From Deltaproteobacteria bacterium (lineage in GTDB: Bacteria > Myxococcota > B64-G9): 64,000 bases of DNA. Numbering within the stretch: the stretch's first letter is position 1; the number at the start of each line of letters is the position of its first letter. The notes beneath the pieces are model-generated. The model saw nothing but the letters and a program-made list of their open reading frames with translations. It did not search any database and was not told the origin of the DNA. A program made the position numbers and the translations under genes. The stretch lies in the NCBI GenBank assembly GCA_019314375.1, contig JAFCZJ010000014.1, positions 12,153 through 76,152 of the forward strand, given 5' to 3'. This document shows, piece after piece, positions 34,645-43,218 of this stretch.

Positions 34645-35822
34645 TGGCCGCCAAAAAAATCGGCATGGAGGCTTCCATCGCCATCGCCGAGGCCGTGGGG
34701 ATGTGCGATGCGGACATCATCTCCGCATACCCCATCACGCCCCAGACCCATATCGTCGAACACCTGTCCGAGCTGGTGGCCGATGGCAAGCTGCATGCCA
34801 ATTTCGTGCCCGTGGAAAGCGAACATTCGGCCATGTCGGTTTGCTGCGGCACCTCGGCGGTCGGGGCTCGCACCTACACGGCAACAGCATCCCAGGGTCT
34901 CGCCTTAATGCACGAAATTCTCTTCATCGTGCCGGCCCTGCGCTTGCCTGTCGTTATGTCGGTGGCCAACCGCTCTCTGTCCGGCCCCATCAGCATCTGG
35001 AATGACCACTCGGACGCCATGGCCGAGCGCGATATCGGCTGGGTGCAAATCTTTGCAGAAAACGCCCAGGAGGCGCTGGATTTGACCATCTGGTCCTTCC
35101 GCCTGGCCGAGGACAAGCGGGTCTCCTTGCCCACCATCGTCAACTTCGACGGCTTCATTTTGTCCCACACCATCGAACCGGTCGTGATGCCTGATCCTGA
35201 AGCGGTGCAAGCCTTCTTGCCCCCCTACGAGCCCATTCAGCGCCTGGACATCGACAAGCCCATCACCATGGGCCCGGTGGGCATTCCCGACATCTACACC
35301 GAGACCCACAAGGTGCAGCAACAGGTACTGACCGACGCCTACGGTCCCATCGTCGAGACCCTGGACGCTTTCGGGGAGGCCTTCGGCCGCTACTACAAGC
35401 CGGTGGAGACCTACAAGACCGAGGACGCGGAAGTGATGCTCTTGACCATGGGTGCCTTGAGCGAGACCGCCATGACGGCCGTGGACCAACGACGCAAGCG
35501 AGGCCAAAAAGTAGGCCTGGTGCGACTGCGCCTATGGCGCCCCTTCCCCTTCGCGGATCTAAAAGCCGCAGTGGGCAAGGTGCCGGTGCTGGGCGTGATG
35601 GACCGCGCCATGTCCTTCGGCGGCCCCATCGGTCCGGTGGCCTCCGAGGTCAAGGCCGCCCTCTATCACGAGAAACAGCGCCCCCAGGTGGTCGAATTCA
35701 TCGCAGGCCTGGGCGGACGCGATGTGCCCATCTCCGATTTCGACGGCATGTTCGACACCCTCTTCGCCGTACGTGACGGTGGCGAAGTACCCGAACCCAC
35801 CATGATCGGCTTGAGGGAATAG
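34644..35822 (+). CDS. porA: 2-oxoacid:ferredoxin oxidoreductase, alpha subunit
   Basis: AYPITPQTHIVEHLSE, VESEHSAMSVCCG and ATASQGLALMHE. The ATG at 34644 overlaps the porD TGA by 1 nt. Confidence 0.9.
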   Translation: MAAKKIGMEASIAIAEAVGMCDADIISAYPITPQTHIVEHLSELVADGKLHANFVPVESEHSAMSVCCGTSAVGARTYTATASQGLALMHEILFIVPALRLPVVMSVANRSLSGPISIWNDHSDAMAERDIGWVQIFAENAQEALDLTIWSFRLAEDKRVSLPTIVNFDGFILSHTIEPVVMPDPEAVQAFLPPYEPIQRLDIDKPITMGPVGIPDIYTETHKVQQQVLTDAYGPIVETLDAFGEAFGRYYKPVETYKTEDAEVMLLTMGALSETAMTAVDQRRKRGQKVGLVRLRLWRPFPFADLKAAVGKVPVLGVMDRAMSFGGPIGPVASEVKAALYHEKQRPQVVEFIAGLGGRDVPISDFDGMFDTLFAVRDGGEVPEPTMIGLRE

Positions 35823-35824
35823 CC

Positions 35825-36754
35825 ATGGAATCCTTAAACGTATTCGCATCCCGACTGTGGCCCACCGAGGAACGATTCGCCTCCGGCCACCGGGCCTGCC
35901 AAGGCTGCGCCGAGGCGCTGGCCGTGCGCATGGTGCATGGCATCCTGGGTCGCAACACCATCGTGGCCTCGGCCACCGGCTGCATGGAGATCATCAGTTC
36001 GTCCTACCCGGACACGGCCTGGACCTTGCCGTGGCTCCATGTGGCTTTTGAAAATGCCGCGGCCGTGGCTTCGGGCATCGAGTCCGGTTTGGATATCCTG
36101 ATGAAAAAGGGTCGCATCCCCAAGCGCCGCATCCAAGTGGTGGGCATGGGTGGTGACGGTGCCACGGCCGACATCGGCCTGCAGGCCCTGAGCGGTGCCG
36201 TGGAACGCGGCCACGACATGATCTATGTCTGCTACGACAACGAAGCCTACATGAACACGGGCATCCAGCGATCTTCCTCGACCCCTTTCGGCGCGGCGAC
36301 CACCACCTCACCGGCGGGCACGCTCAGCACTGGGCAGCAAACCTGGAAGAAAAACATCCCCATGATCATCGCGGCCCACGACATCCCGTACGTGGCCACG
36401 GCCTGCCCAAGCTATCCCTTCGATCTGGCCGACAAGGTACGCAAGGCCGCTGCGGTACGCGGGCCTGCCTACCTGCAGATTTTTTCCGCCTGCCCGACCG
36501 GATGGCGCATGGCCCCCGAACTGGCCATCTCCATCGGCCGAAAGGCGGTAAAGAGCGGCGCTTTCCCTCTTTATGAGATTGAAAACGGCAAGTTGAAAAT
36601 CACGGTTCCCACCCCGGAGTTGTCACCCCTGAAAGACTATTTTAAACCGCAGGGCCGATTCCGCCACTTAGACGACGCCACCATCGCCAAAATCGAGAAG
36701 CGCGTGGAAGAAGAATACCGCAAACTCGAACGCCGCGAAGGCTTGGTCCTTTAG
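35825..36754 (+). CDS. porB: 2-oxoacid:ferredoxin oxidoreductase, beta (TPP-binding) subunit
   Basis: ASGHRACQGCAEALAVR and GMGGDGATADIGLQALSGAVERGHDMIYVCYDNEAYMNTG (the TPP GDG...N motif). Confidence 0.9.
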   Translation: MESLNVFASRLWPTEERFASGHRACQGCAEALAVRMVHGILGRNTIVASATGCMEIISSSYPDTAWTLPWLHVAFENAAAVASGIESGLDILMKKGRIPKRRIQVVGMGGDGATADIGLQALSGAVERGHDMIYVCYDNEAYMNTGIQRSSSTPFGAATTTSPAGTLSTGQQTWKKNIPMIIAAHDIPYVATACPSYPFDLADKVRKAAAVRGPAYLQIFSACPTGWRMAPELAISIGRKAVKSGAFPLYEIENGKLKITVPTPELSPLKDYFKPQGRFRHLDDATIAKIEKRVEEEYRKLERREGLVL

Positions 36755-36771
36755 GCAAGGAGCCTGCAGTC

Positions 36772-37236
36772 ATGAACGACGCAAAGCTCAACGGAATTTT
36801 GGACAAACACCAGCAGGATCCGGCCGCCTTGTTGGCCATCCTGATGGACATCCAAAATGAAGAAAACTATCTCCCCAAAGACGATCTGAAGAAGGTCGCC
36901 AAACTACTGGATGTGCCCCTGTCGAAAATCTACACCCAGGCAACGTTCTTTTCTGCCTTTTCCCTGGAACCTCGCGGCAAGCACATCTGCACCGTCTGCA
37001 TGGGTACGGCCTGCCACGTGCGCGGCGCGCCCAAGCTGGTCGAAAAACTCGAGCGTGACTTCGGCATCGCGCCCGGGGAGACCACCAAGGACATGAACCT
37101 CACCTTGGAAACGGTCAATTGCGTCGGCGCTTGCGCGCTCGGCCCCTTGGTCATCCTGGATGGCGAATACCACGGCAACATCACCTCCACCAAACTGGAC
37201 AAGGTGATGAAACCCCTCAAGAAAAAACAGGACTGA
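36772..37236 (+). CDS. NuoE/HndA-type [2Fe-2S] subunit
   Basis: ICTVCMGTACHVRGA ... VNCVGACALGPLV is the NuoE-type thioredoxin-like 2Fe-2S pattern. Confidence 0.85.
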   Translation: MNDAKLNGILDKHQQDPAALLAILMDIQNEENYLPKDDLKKVAKLLDVPLSKIYTQATFFSAFSLEPRGKHICTVCMGTACHVRGAPKLVEKLERDFGIAPGETTKDMNLTLETVNCVGACALGPLVILDGEYHGNITSTKLDKVMKPLKKKQD

Positions 37237-37240
37237 CGCC

Positions 37241-39130
37241 ATGGTCAAGCGAATGACGAACATCGAGGAGTTGCTGTCTACCCAAAAATCCATCGAGCAA
37301 AGTCGCGATCCCGAAAGCAAAGTTATCGCGGTTTGCGCGGGCACGGGCTGTTGCGCCTATGGCGCGGTCAATCTGGCCGAAACCTTTGAGTCCGCCGTCG
37401 AAGAGCGAAAACTCGGTGACAGCATCACGGTCCGCCGCACAGGTTGCCACGGCTTTTGTGAGCAAGGCCCCCTGGTGGTCGCGCACCCAAAGAAAACCTT
37501 CTACCAGCGTGTCAAGGTTGATGACGTAGCAGACGTCATCGACAAAACCATGCAAAAAGACGAAGTGCTGGAACACTTGCTGTTCAAGGACGTGGAAGGC
37601 AAAAAATACGAACTCGAAAAAGAAGTGCCCTTCTACAAAAACCAACACCGCCTCCTCTTGGAGTACAACGGCTTGCTGGACCCCACCAGCATCGAGGACT
37701 ACTTGGCGGTCGGCGGCTATCGAGCCTTGGCCAAGGTCCTGAAAGAAATGAAGCCCGAGCAGGTCTGCGAAGCCATCCGCAAGAGCGGCCTCAGAGGCCG
37801 TGGCGGCGGCGGCTTCCCGGCAGGCGTCAAATGGGAAAGTTGTCGAGCAGCCCCCAGCGAAGACGGTGTGCGCTACATCATCTGCAACGCCGACGAAGGG
37901 GATCCGGGTGCCTTCATGGACCGCTCCGTGATGGAAGGAAATCCCCACCTGGTCATCGAAGGCATGATCATCGGTGCCTTCGCCATCGGCCACCCGGGCC
38001 AACCCGAGGGCTACGTCTACATCCGAAACGAATACCCCATGGCGGTTCAACGCCTCGATGACGCCTTGAAGCAAGCCCGCGAACTGGGCTTGCTGGGCGA
38101 GAACATCCTGGGCAGCGGCCTGAACTTCGACATCAAGATCAACAAGGGTGGCGGTGCCTTCGTTTGCGGCGAATCCACGGCCTTGATGGCCAGCATCGAG
38201 GGAGAAGTCGGCGAACCGCGGGCCAAGCATATCCACACCGTCGAGGCCGGCCTCTGGGACAAGCCGACCAACTTGAACAACGTGGAGACCTGGGCCAACG
38301 TGCCTTTGATTCTGGACCGAGGCGTAGAGTGGTTCACCAGCATCGGCACCGGCGACGTGAGCGAGAATCCATGGGGCGGCTCCAAGGGCACCAAGATTTT
38401 CGCCCTGGTGGGCAAGGTCAACAACACAGGCCTGGTGGAAGTGCCCATGGGCACCAGCCTTCGCCACATCATTTATGACATCGGCGGCGGCATCATCGAC
38501 GGCAAAAAATTCAAGGCCGTCCAAACCGGGGGACCCTCCGGCGGCTGCCTGCCCGAGGCGCGATTGGACCTGGAAGTCGACTTCGACAAGCTGACCGAAG
38601 CGGGCTCCATGATGGGCTCCGGCGGCATGATCGTCATGGACGAGTCGACCTGCATGGTGGATTTGGCCGGCTACTTCTTGCACTTTCTGGCCGACGAATC
38701 CTGCGGCAAATGCGTCACCTGCCGCGAGGGCCTGAAACAACTATGCGACATCATCGACCGAATCAAAGCCGGCAAGGGTCGGGAAGGCGACCTGGATCTG
38801 CTGGAAGAAGTCAGCCAGACCGTGAAGGAAGGTTCCTTGTGTGCACTGGGTCAAACCGCCCCCAACCCGCTCTTGTCGACCATCAAGTATTTCCGGGATG
38901 AGTACATTGAACACATTGAACAAAAAAAATGCCGCGCCAAAGTCTGCAAGGATCTGATCACCTTCAGCATCAACGACAAGTGCACCGGCTGCATGGTTTG
39001 CGCCCGCAAATGCCCGCAAGATTGCATCAGCGGGGAGAAGAAAAAGATACACACCATTGACCAATCCAACTGCATCAAATGCGGCGTCTGCCTCGAAGTC
39101 TGCAAGTTCGACGCCGTGGACGTAGAGTAG
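37241..39130 (+). CDS. NuoF/HndC-type NAD(P)H-binding flavoprotein with an N-terminal Trx-like [2Fe-2S] domain and a C-terminal 2x[4Fe-4S] ferredoxin domain
   Basis: N-terminal CAGTGCCAYG...GCHGFCEQGP. GLRGRGGGGFPAGVKWE (FMN), ICNADEGDPGAFMDR (NADH), ESCGKCVTCREG (N3-type cluster). C-terminal CTGCMVCARKCP and CIKCGVCLEVC. Confidence 0.9.
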   Translation: MVKRMTNIEELLSTQKSIEQSRDPESKVIAVCAGTGCCAYGAVNLAETFESAVEERKLGDSITVRRTGCHGFCEQGPLVVAHPKKTFYQRVKVDDVADVIDKTMQKDEVLEHLLFKDVEGKKYELEKEVPFYKNQHRLLLEYNGLLDPTSIEDYLAVGGYRALAKVLKEMKPEQVCEAIRKSGLRGRGGGGFPAGVKWESCRAAPSEDGVRYIICNADEGDPGAFMDRSVMEGNPHLVIEGMIIGAFAIGHPGQPEGYVYIRNEYPMAVQRLDDALKQARELGLLGENILGSGLNFDIKINKGGGAFVCGESTALMASIEGEVGEPRAKHIHTVEAGLWDKPTNLNNVETWANVPLILDRGVEWFTSIGTGDVSENPWGGSKGTKIFALVGKVNNTGLVEVPMGTSLRHIIYDIGGGIIDGKKFKAVQTGGPSGGCLPEARLDLEVDFDKLTEAGSMMGSGGMIVMDESTCMVDLAGYFLHFLADESCGKCVTCREGLKQLCDIIDRIKAGKGREGDLDLLEEVSQTVKEGSLCALGQTAPNPLLSTIKYFRDEYIEHIEQKKCRAKVCKDLITFSINDKCTGCMVCARKCPQDCISGEKKKIHTIDQSNCIKCGVCLEVCKFDAVDVE

Positions 39131-39142
39131 GAGGAACGCGTC

Positions 39143-39889
39143 ATGTCGGAAGAGACCAAGACCAAGAAGGTCACGTTCCAAATCGAAGGCAACACCTACG
39201 AGGGCGAGCGTGGCGAGAGTTTGCTGGGCGCGATTCGCAAACACGGCTACGAAGTGCCCTCGCTTTGCTACCACGAGGCGGTCAGTCCTTACGGGGCATG
39301 CAGGCTTTGCCTCGTCGAAGTCAAAAAGGGTCGGCGCCAAAAACTCACGACCTCTTGCAACTACCCGGTACAAGAAGGCATCGAAGTTTTCTTGGACACC
39401 GAGAAGGTGCAACGCAACCGAAAAATCGTGCTGGAGCTTCTGGTGGCCAAGGCACCAAAGGCCGAAGCGGTTCGTCGTTTGGCGGAGCAGTACGGAGCCA
39501 AAACCGATCGCCTGGAAGTGGAAGAAGAAGACAAGGACAATGCCTGCATCCTCTGCGGCCTGTGCAACCGGGTTTGCGATGAAGTGGTCGGTGCGCACGC
39601 CATCAGCTTCGCGGGCCGCGGCCTGCACAAGCGCATGGAAAGTCCTTACGACGAAGTGGCCGAGGACTGCATCGGTTGCGGTGCCTGCGTTTGGATTTGC
39701 CCCACGGACTGCATCGGCATCAAGGAAACCGACACCACGCGCAGCATCGTGCGCTGGCATCGGGATCTGCCGATGCAAAAATGCAGCGCCTGTGGGCAAC
39801 CTTTCGCGCCCACTTTCCAGCTGATGCAGTTCGCCAAAAAGATCAAGGTAGAAAAGACACACTTCGACAAGTGCCCTGACTGCAGATAG
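39143..39889 (+). CDS. NuoG/HndD N-terminal-type FeS protein ([2Fe-2S] plus [4Fe-4S] clusters) lacking any catalytic (hydrogenase, formate dehydrogenase or molybdopterin) domain
   Basis: LCYHEAVSPYGACRLCLVEV (plant-type 2Fe-2S), CILCGLCNRVC and CIGCGACVWICPTDC. The protein stops at 248 aa. Confidence 0.75.
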   Translation: MSEETKTKKVTFQIEGNTYEGERGESLLGAIRKHGYEVPSLCYHEAVSPYGACRLCLVEVKKGRRQKLTTSCNYPVQEGIEVFLDTEKVQRNRKIVLELLVAKAPKAEAVRRLAEQYGAKTDRLEVEEEDKDNACILCGLCNRVCDEVVGAHAISFAGRGLHKRMESPYDEVAEDCIGCGACVWICPTDCIGIKETDTTRSIVRWHRDLPMQKCSACGQPFAPTFQLMQFAKKIKVEKTHFDKCPDCR

Positions 39890-39903
39890 GCACTTGGGCG
39901 ACT

Positions 39904-40641
39904 TCAGGCTTCAATTCCCTCCGAAGGCAAATCCAGACAAAGACGGAAAGTGGCTCCGGCACCCGGCTGGGACTCCACCTCAAGCAAGCCGCCTAGTCTC
40001 TCCAAGGACAGGCGAGCCAGGGCGAGACCCAAGCCCAAACCCTCGAAGTGATCCCCATCGTCAACCGGCCGTAAGCCCCGGCGAAGTTTGGCCAAGGCCT
40101 CCGGTTTGAAACCGATGCCCTCATCCGCGACGCAAAAACACAGCTGTGTCCTCTCCACTTGCTCTTTGCTTTCCATCCAGACCCGGATCTGCCCCCGCCG
40201 CCCAAAGCGCACCGCGTTGCTCAGAACCTCGTTCAATGCGACGGACAGCAGGCGCATATCCGTGTGGATGCGTGTTGGTCCGGCCTGTTCCAGCAGCAGC
40301 TCAAGGCCTTCTTTTTCGGCTGCGACTCGATGCAATTCAGTGGACTCTTTGAGCAGGTCAATCGGGGCAATCCAGTCGGGCTCAGGCTTCTTGATGCCCG
40401 CCTCCAATCGATGAAAATCGACCAGGGCGTTGATGCGATTCAGCATAACCCGAGCGCTCTCATAGACCATGCCGAGTTTTTGTTCCAGGTCGGTATCCCG
40501 CCCGGCATGATCCGCCAAAATCACTGAAGTAAAACCAATGATGCCGTTTAGTGGAGTCTTCAAATCGTGACTCACGCCAGCGATGAACTCGGCGCGCCGG
40601 CGTTCAACTTCCAGCATCGCCTCCGGTTTGTCTTGTGTCAT
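39904..40641 (-). CDS. sensorless histidine kinase (HisKA + HATPase_c only)
   Basis: H-box FIAGVSHDLKTPLNGIIGF, N-box LNEVLSNAVRF, and DEGIGF and GLGLGLALA boxes. There is no TM or PAS segment. Confidence 0.8.
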   Translation of the reverse strand: MTQDKPEAMLEVERRRAEFIAGVSHDLKTPLNGIIGFTSVILADHAGRDTDLEQKLGMVYESARVMLNRINALVDFHRLEAGIKKPEPDWIAPIDLLKESTELHRVAAEKEGLELLLEQAGPTRIHTDMRLLSVALNEVLSNAVRFGRRGQIRVWMESKEQVERTQLCFCVADEGIGFKPEALAKLRRGLRPVDDGDHFEGLGLGLALARLSLERLGGLLEVESQPGAGATFRLCLDLPSEGIEA

Positions 40642-40653
40642 GCCATCCCTCCA

Positions 40654-41307
40654 TCACCCCTTATTCGGCCTTGCTCGGCGGCGGCGGAAAAACCACAAAC
40701 CCACCATGACCAGAAACAAAATCGCCAGCAAGATCCACACCCCTGTCGTATAGGATGAAAACACGAAACGCAAGCGCTCCCAGTTGGCACCGATGCTCAG
40801 ACCCAAGCCCAGGATCAATGCGTTCCAAACCAAAGCCGAGAGGGTGGCAAACAACAAAACCTGCCCCAGACTCATGCGTGAAGCCCCGGCTACCACGAAG
40901 AAAAAAGCACGAATGCCAGGCAAAAATCGGTTGATGGCGATGTAGGCCACACCGTGACGCCGGAAACGCTCCAGGACCAGTTCGTACTTTTCCCGAGTCA
41001 AAGGCGTCCAGCGCGTGATCTCGGTCTCCGAGGGCAGCCGATCCAGCCGCCGCCCAAGCCAAACGCCCAAATAGTAGCCCAGGGTCGCCCCAAGCAAGGA
41101 TCCACCCGTGGTCAGAGCCAGCGCGAAGGGAAAAGACCAAAGTCCGCGCACCACAAGAAAAGTCCCGAACAGCGTAATCACATCACCAGGGAAGGGCGGA
41201 AACACATACTCGATGAGAGAACTGGCCACGATGACCACCGGACCCCAGCCACCATGATGAGCGGCCACAAAGTCCAAAATTTGCTGAATGAAGCCCGCCT
41301 CCTCCAT
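40654..41307 (-). CDS. DedA-family (SNARE-associated/VTT) membrane protein
   Basis: LIEYVFPPFPGDVITLFGTFLV and RFLPGIRAFFFVVAG are DedA signatures. The ATG at 41307 (MEEAGF...) lies 4 nt after the upstream stop. Confidence 0.8.
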   Translation of the reverse strand: MEEAGFIQQILDFVAAHHGGWGPVVIVASSLIEYVFPPFPGDVITLFGTFLVVRGLWSFPFALALTTGGSLLGATLGYYLGVWLGRRLDRLPSETEITRWTPLTREKYELVLERFRRHGVAYIAINRFLPGIRAFFFVVAGASRMSLGQVLLFATLSALVWNALILGLGLSIGANWERLRFVFSSYTTGVWILLAILFLVMVGLWFFRRRRARPNKG

Positions 41308-41311
41308 GACA

Positions 41312-42718
41312 CTATGCACCCTCGGACATACACGCCGCACGGGCGAGCACTTCCGGGGCCAAGCGCTCCAGCAAGCCCAAATCCGCGGCCAAATCCAACA
41401 CCGTAAAACGACCACGAATTTCCCGGGCTTCGAGAAATGAGCGACGCAGGTGCTCGTCGGAGAGCTGCAGTTCGCTCATGCGCGTGGGGGCCCCGACGGC
41501 CTTCAGAATTTCACGCACCCGAGCCGCGGGGCGCAAGACGGTATCCAGCTTCTGCCACAGGGCATCCCAGCCATCCCGAATCTGTTCAAGCTCGGCGCGC
41601 AAGGCCTCGTCATCCAGATGCTTGGCGAAAAACTCAGGCTCGACCAGATCAGCCAGGGGCCCATGGCGCAACCGCAGTTCTCGTCGCAGCTGCTCTTTGG
41701 GTTTGCGCCCGGCGATGATGGCGTCGGGATCGATAGAGGATGGGTCCAGTTCTCGCAAGGATTCATACAAACTTGAGGTGACGATGGTGGCCACGCCGAC
41801 CTGGTGACCATGCCAGCCTTCGACTCTGCCCTCATAGGGCGCGAGCATGTCCCAGTGGTGGCTGATGAGATGTTCACCGCCCGAAGCTGGGCTGGAAGTC
41901 CCGGCCAGCCGCATGGAGATGCCCGACAACAACAACGCCTCGGTGAGCAAGGCGATAGCCTCGGGATCCGCCCTGCCGATGGCCGATGCAGCCTCGGCCA
42001 CGCGAGCCTCGGCGCTCAACACCACCTCCTCGGGCGCAGGGCAGTAGTAGTCACCCCGTAGCAAGCCGGCCAGACGAAAATCGGCGGTGGAGGTCGGTTT
42101 GGACTCCAGGTCAGCCAAACCCGAGGCGATCAAGTGCCGAGGGGCTTTAACAAGCAGGTCCATATCGGCGATGACGGCCAGTGGCTGGTGACATGACACG
42201 GTCCGCTTGATGCCATCGCGCATGATCGCCGCAATGGCGGAAGTGTAGCCGTTCATCGAAGGCGCGGTGGCCACAGCCAGATAGGGAAGTTGAAGCTGAA
42301 AACTGGCAAGCTTGGTCAGATCGTTGATGGTGCCCGAGCCCACGGCCAGGGCCAAATCGCAGCCGGTCAGAGCCTGACGCACCACCCCAAGTGTTTTCTC
42401 ATCGGCGTGGGGGCGGCCCCCGGCCCCGTCGGCCAAAGTGCAAATTCGCGCGCTATGGCCGTCCGCCTCAAGCAGGGCTTGTACTCGCTGCCCGGCCACC
42501 TGCCAGGTACGAGCATCCACCACCATGGCCAGCGACAGCCCACGTCCAAGGCTTGCGACCCAGTCCACCACCTGCTCGATCGCACCCGGGCCGACGACGG
42601 CACCCTGCAAATCCACCTGATGCACCCGTCCACAGGCACAGGCCTGACGAAATCCAAACAATTCATGCAACTGTCGTGGTGGCCGAACGGTCTGTTCCGC
42701 GTCACTGACCTGCGACAC
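41312..42718 (-). CDS. iron-dependent alcohol dehydrogenase-fold enzyme of the sn-glycerol-1-phosphate dehydrogenase (AraM/EgsA, Fe-ADH_2) type
   Basis: AVGSGTINDLTKLASF, ATAPSMNGYTS, SGGEHLISHHWDM and WHGHQVGVAT. The start is set at the GTG at 42718, with GGAGAA 5 nt upstream. The track start at 42910 lies inside the upstream gene. Confidence 0.6.
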   Translation of the reverse strand: MSQVSDAEQTVRPPRQLHELFGFRQACACGRVHQVDLQGAVVGPGAIEQVVDWVASLGRGLSLAMVVDARTWQVAGQRVQALLEADGHSARICTLADGAGGRPHADEKTLGVVRQALTGCDLALAVGSGTINDLTKLASFQLQLPYLAVATAPSMNGYTSAIAAIMRDGIKRTVSCHQPLAVIADMDLLVKAPRHLIASGLADLESKPTSTADFRLAGLLRGDYYCPAPEEVVLSAEARVAEAASAIGRADPEAIALLTEALLLSGISMRLAGTSSPASGGEHLISHHWDMLAPYEGRVEGWHGHQVGVATIVTSSLYESLRELDPSSIDPDAIIAGRKPKEQLRRELRLRHGPLADLVEPEFFAKHLDDEALRAELEQIRDGWDALWQKLDTVLRPAARVREILKAVGAPTRMSELQLSDEHLRRSFLEAREIRGRFTVLDLAADLGLLERLAPEVLARAACMSEGA

Positions 42719-43124
42719 AGAATTTCTCCAACTTGCCCCTATCGGAGCCTCTAAAAATGGGTTTTTCCACACAGCGGGGCATGGCCTTGGGGCATTCGCT
42801 GTGGTTGTTGCAAAGCTTGTGACATTTCTTGTCCCCCATACCGGAACAAGTGTCTTCCGCGTTCTTGCAGTACCAAGAGTCCCAGCAGAGGAATCCTTCG
42901 GCGCAACCACCGGTAAGCCGATCGCACTCGCCTTTGACCTCCTCCTCGGGAGGGTCGGCCGGCAACTCGGTCGGCTGGCTCTGGTCCTTCGCCAGTTCGG
43001 CGGCCGTGGCCATCAGATCGGAATCATAAGAACTCTTCGGCGGTTGCTCCCGTCTGGGGCAGGCGCTTATTATGAAGGCCAAACCCATCAGGGCCATGCC
43101 CATGGCAAACCGTTGCAGAAACAT
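42702..43124 (-). CDS. Cys-rich secreted lipoprotein, unknown function
   Basis: Lipobox AFIISAC. The mature part has 10 further Cys residues (GECDRLTGGCAEGFLCWDSWYCKN...CSGMGDKKCHKLCNNHSECP...RCV...FCV). Confidence 0.5.
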   Translation of the reverse strand: MFLQRFAMGMALMGLAFIISACPRREQPPKSSYDSDLMATAAELAKDQSQPTELPADPPEEEVKGECDRLTGGCAEGFLCWDSWYCKNAEDTCSGMGDKKCHKLCNNHSECPKAMPRCVEKPIFRGSDRGKLEKFCVAGQ

Positions 43125-43182
43125 TTCGACCCCCTTTTAGGCGGTGGTTCGATGTCAAAACTATGTCACCGAAGCCTAAGGC

Positions 43183-43212
43183 TTGCAAGTTTGCATCCGC
43201 TGCCGGTAGGCT
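43183..43212 (+). promoter_or_regulatory. promoter candidate placing the TSS on or next to the kinase ATG (leaderless mRNA candidate)
   Basis: TTGCAA at 43183..43188, an 18-nt spacer, TAGGCT at 43207..43212. The ATG at 43219 lies 7 nt after the -10. No SD is present. Confidence 0.3.
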
Positions 43213-43218
43213 AGTGAC

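Noticed and set aside
37217-39862. Two very long minus-strand ORFs (507 aa and 373 aa) antisense to the NuoF-like and NuoG-N-like genes.
   Set aside because: These are shadow ORFs typical of high-GC DNA. Their products are Gly/Ala/His/Asp/Val-rich low-complexity strings with no motifs. The plus strand encodes unmistakable FMN, NADH and FeS motifs and has proper SDs.
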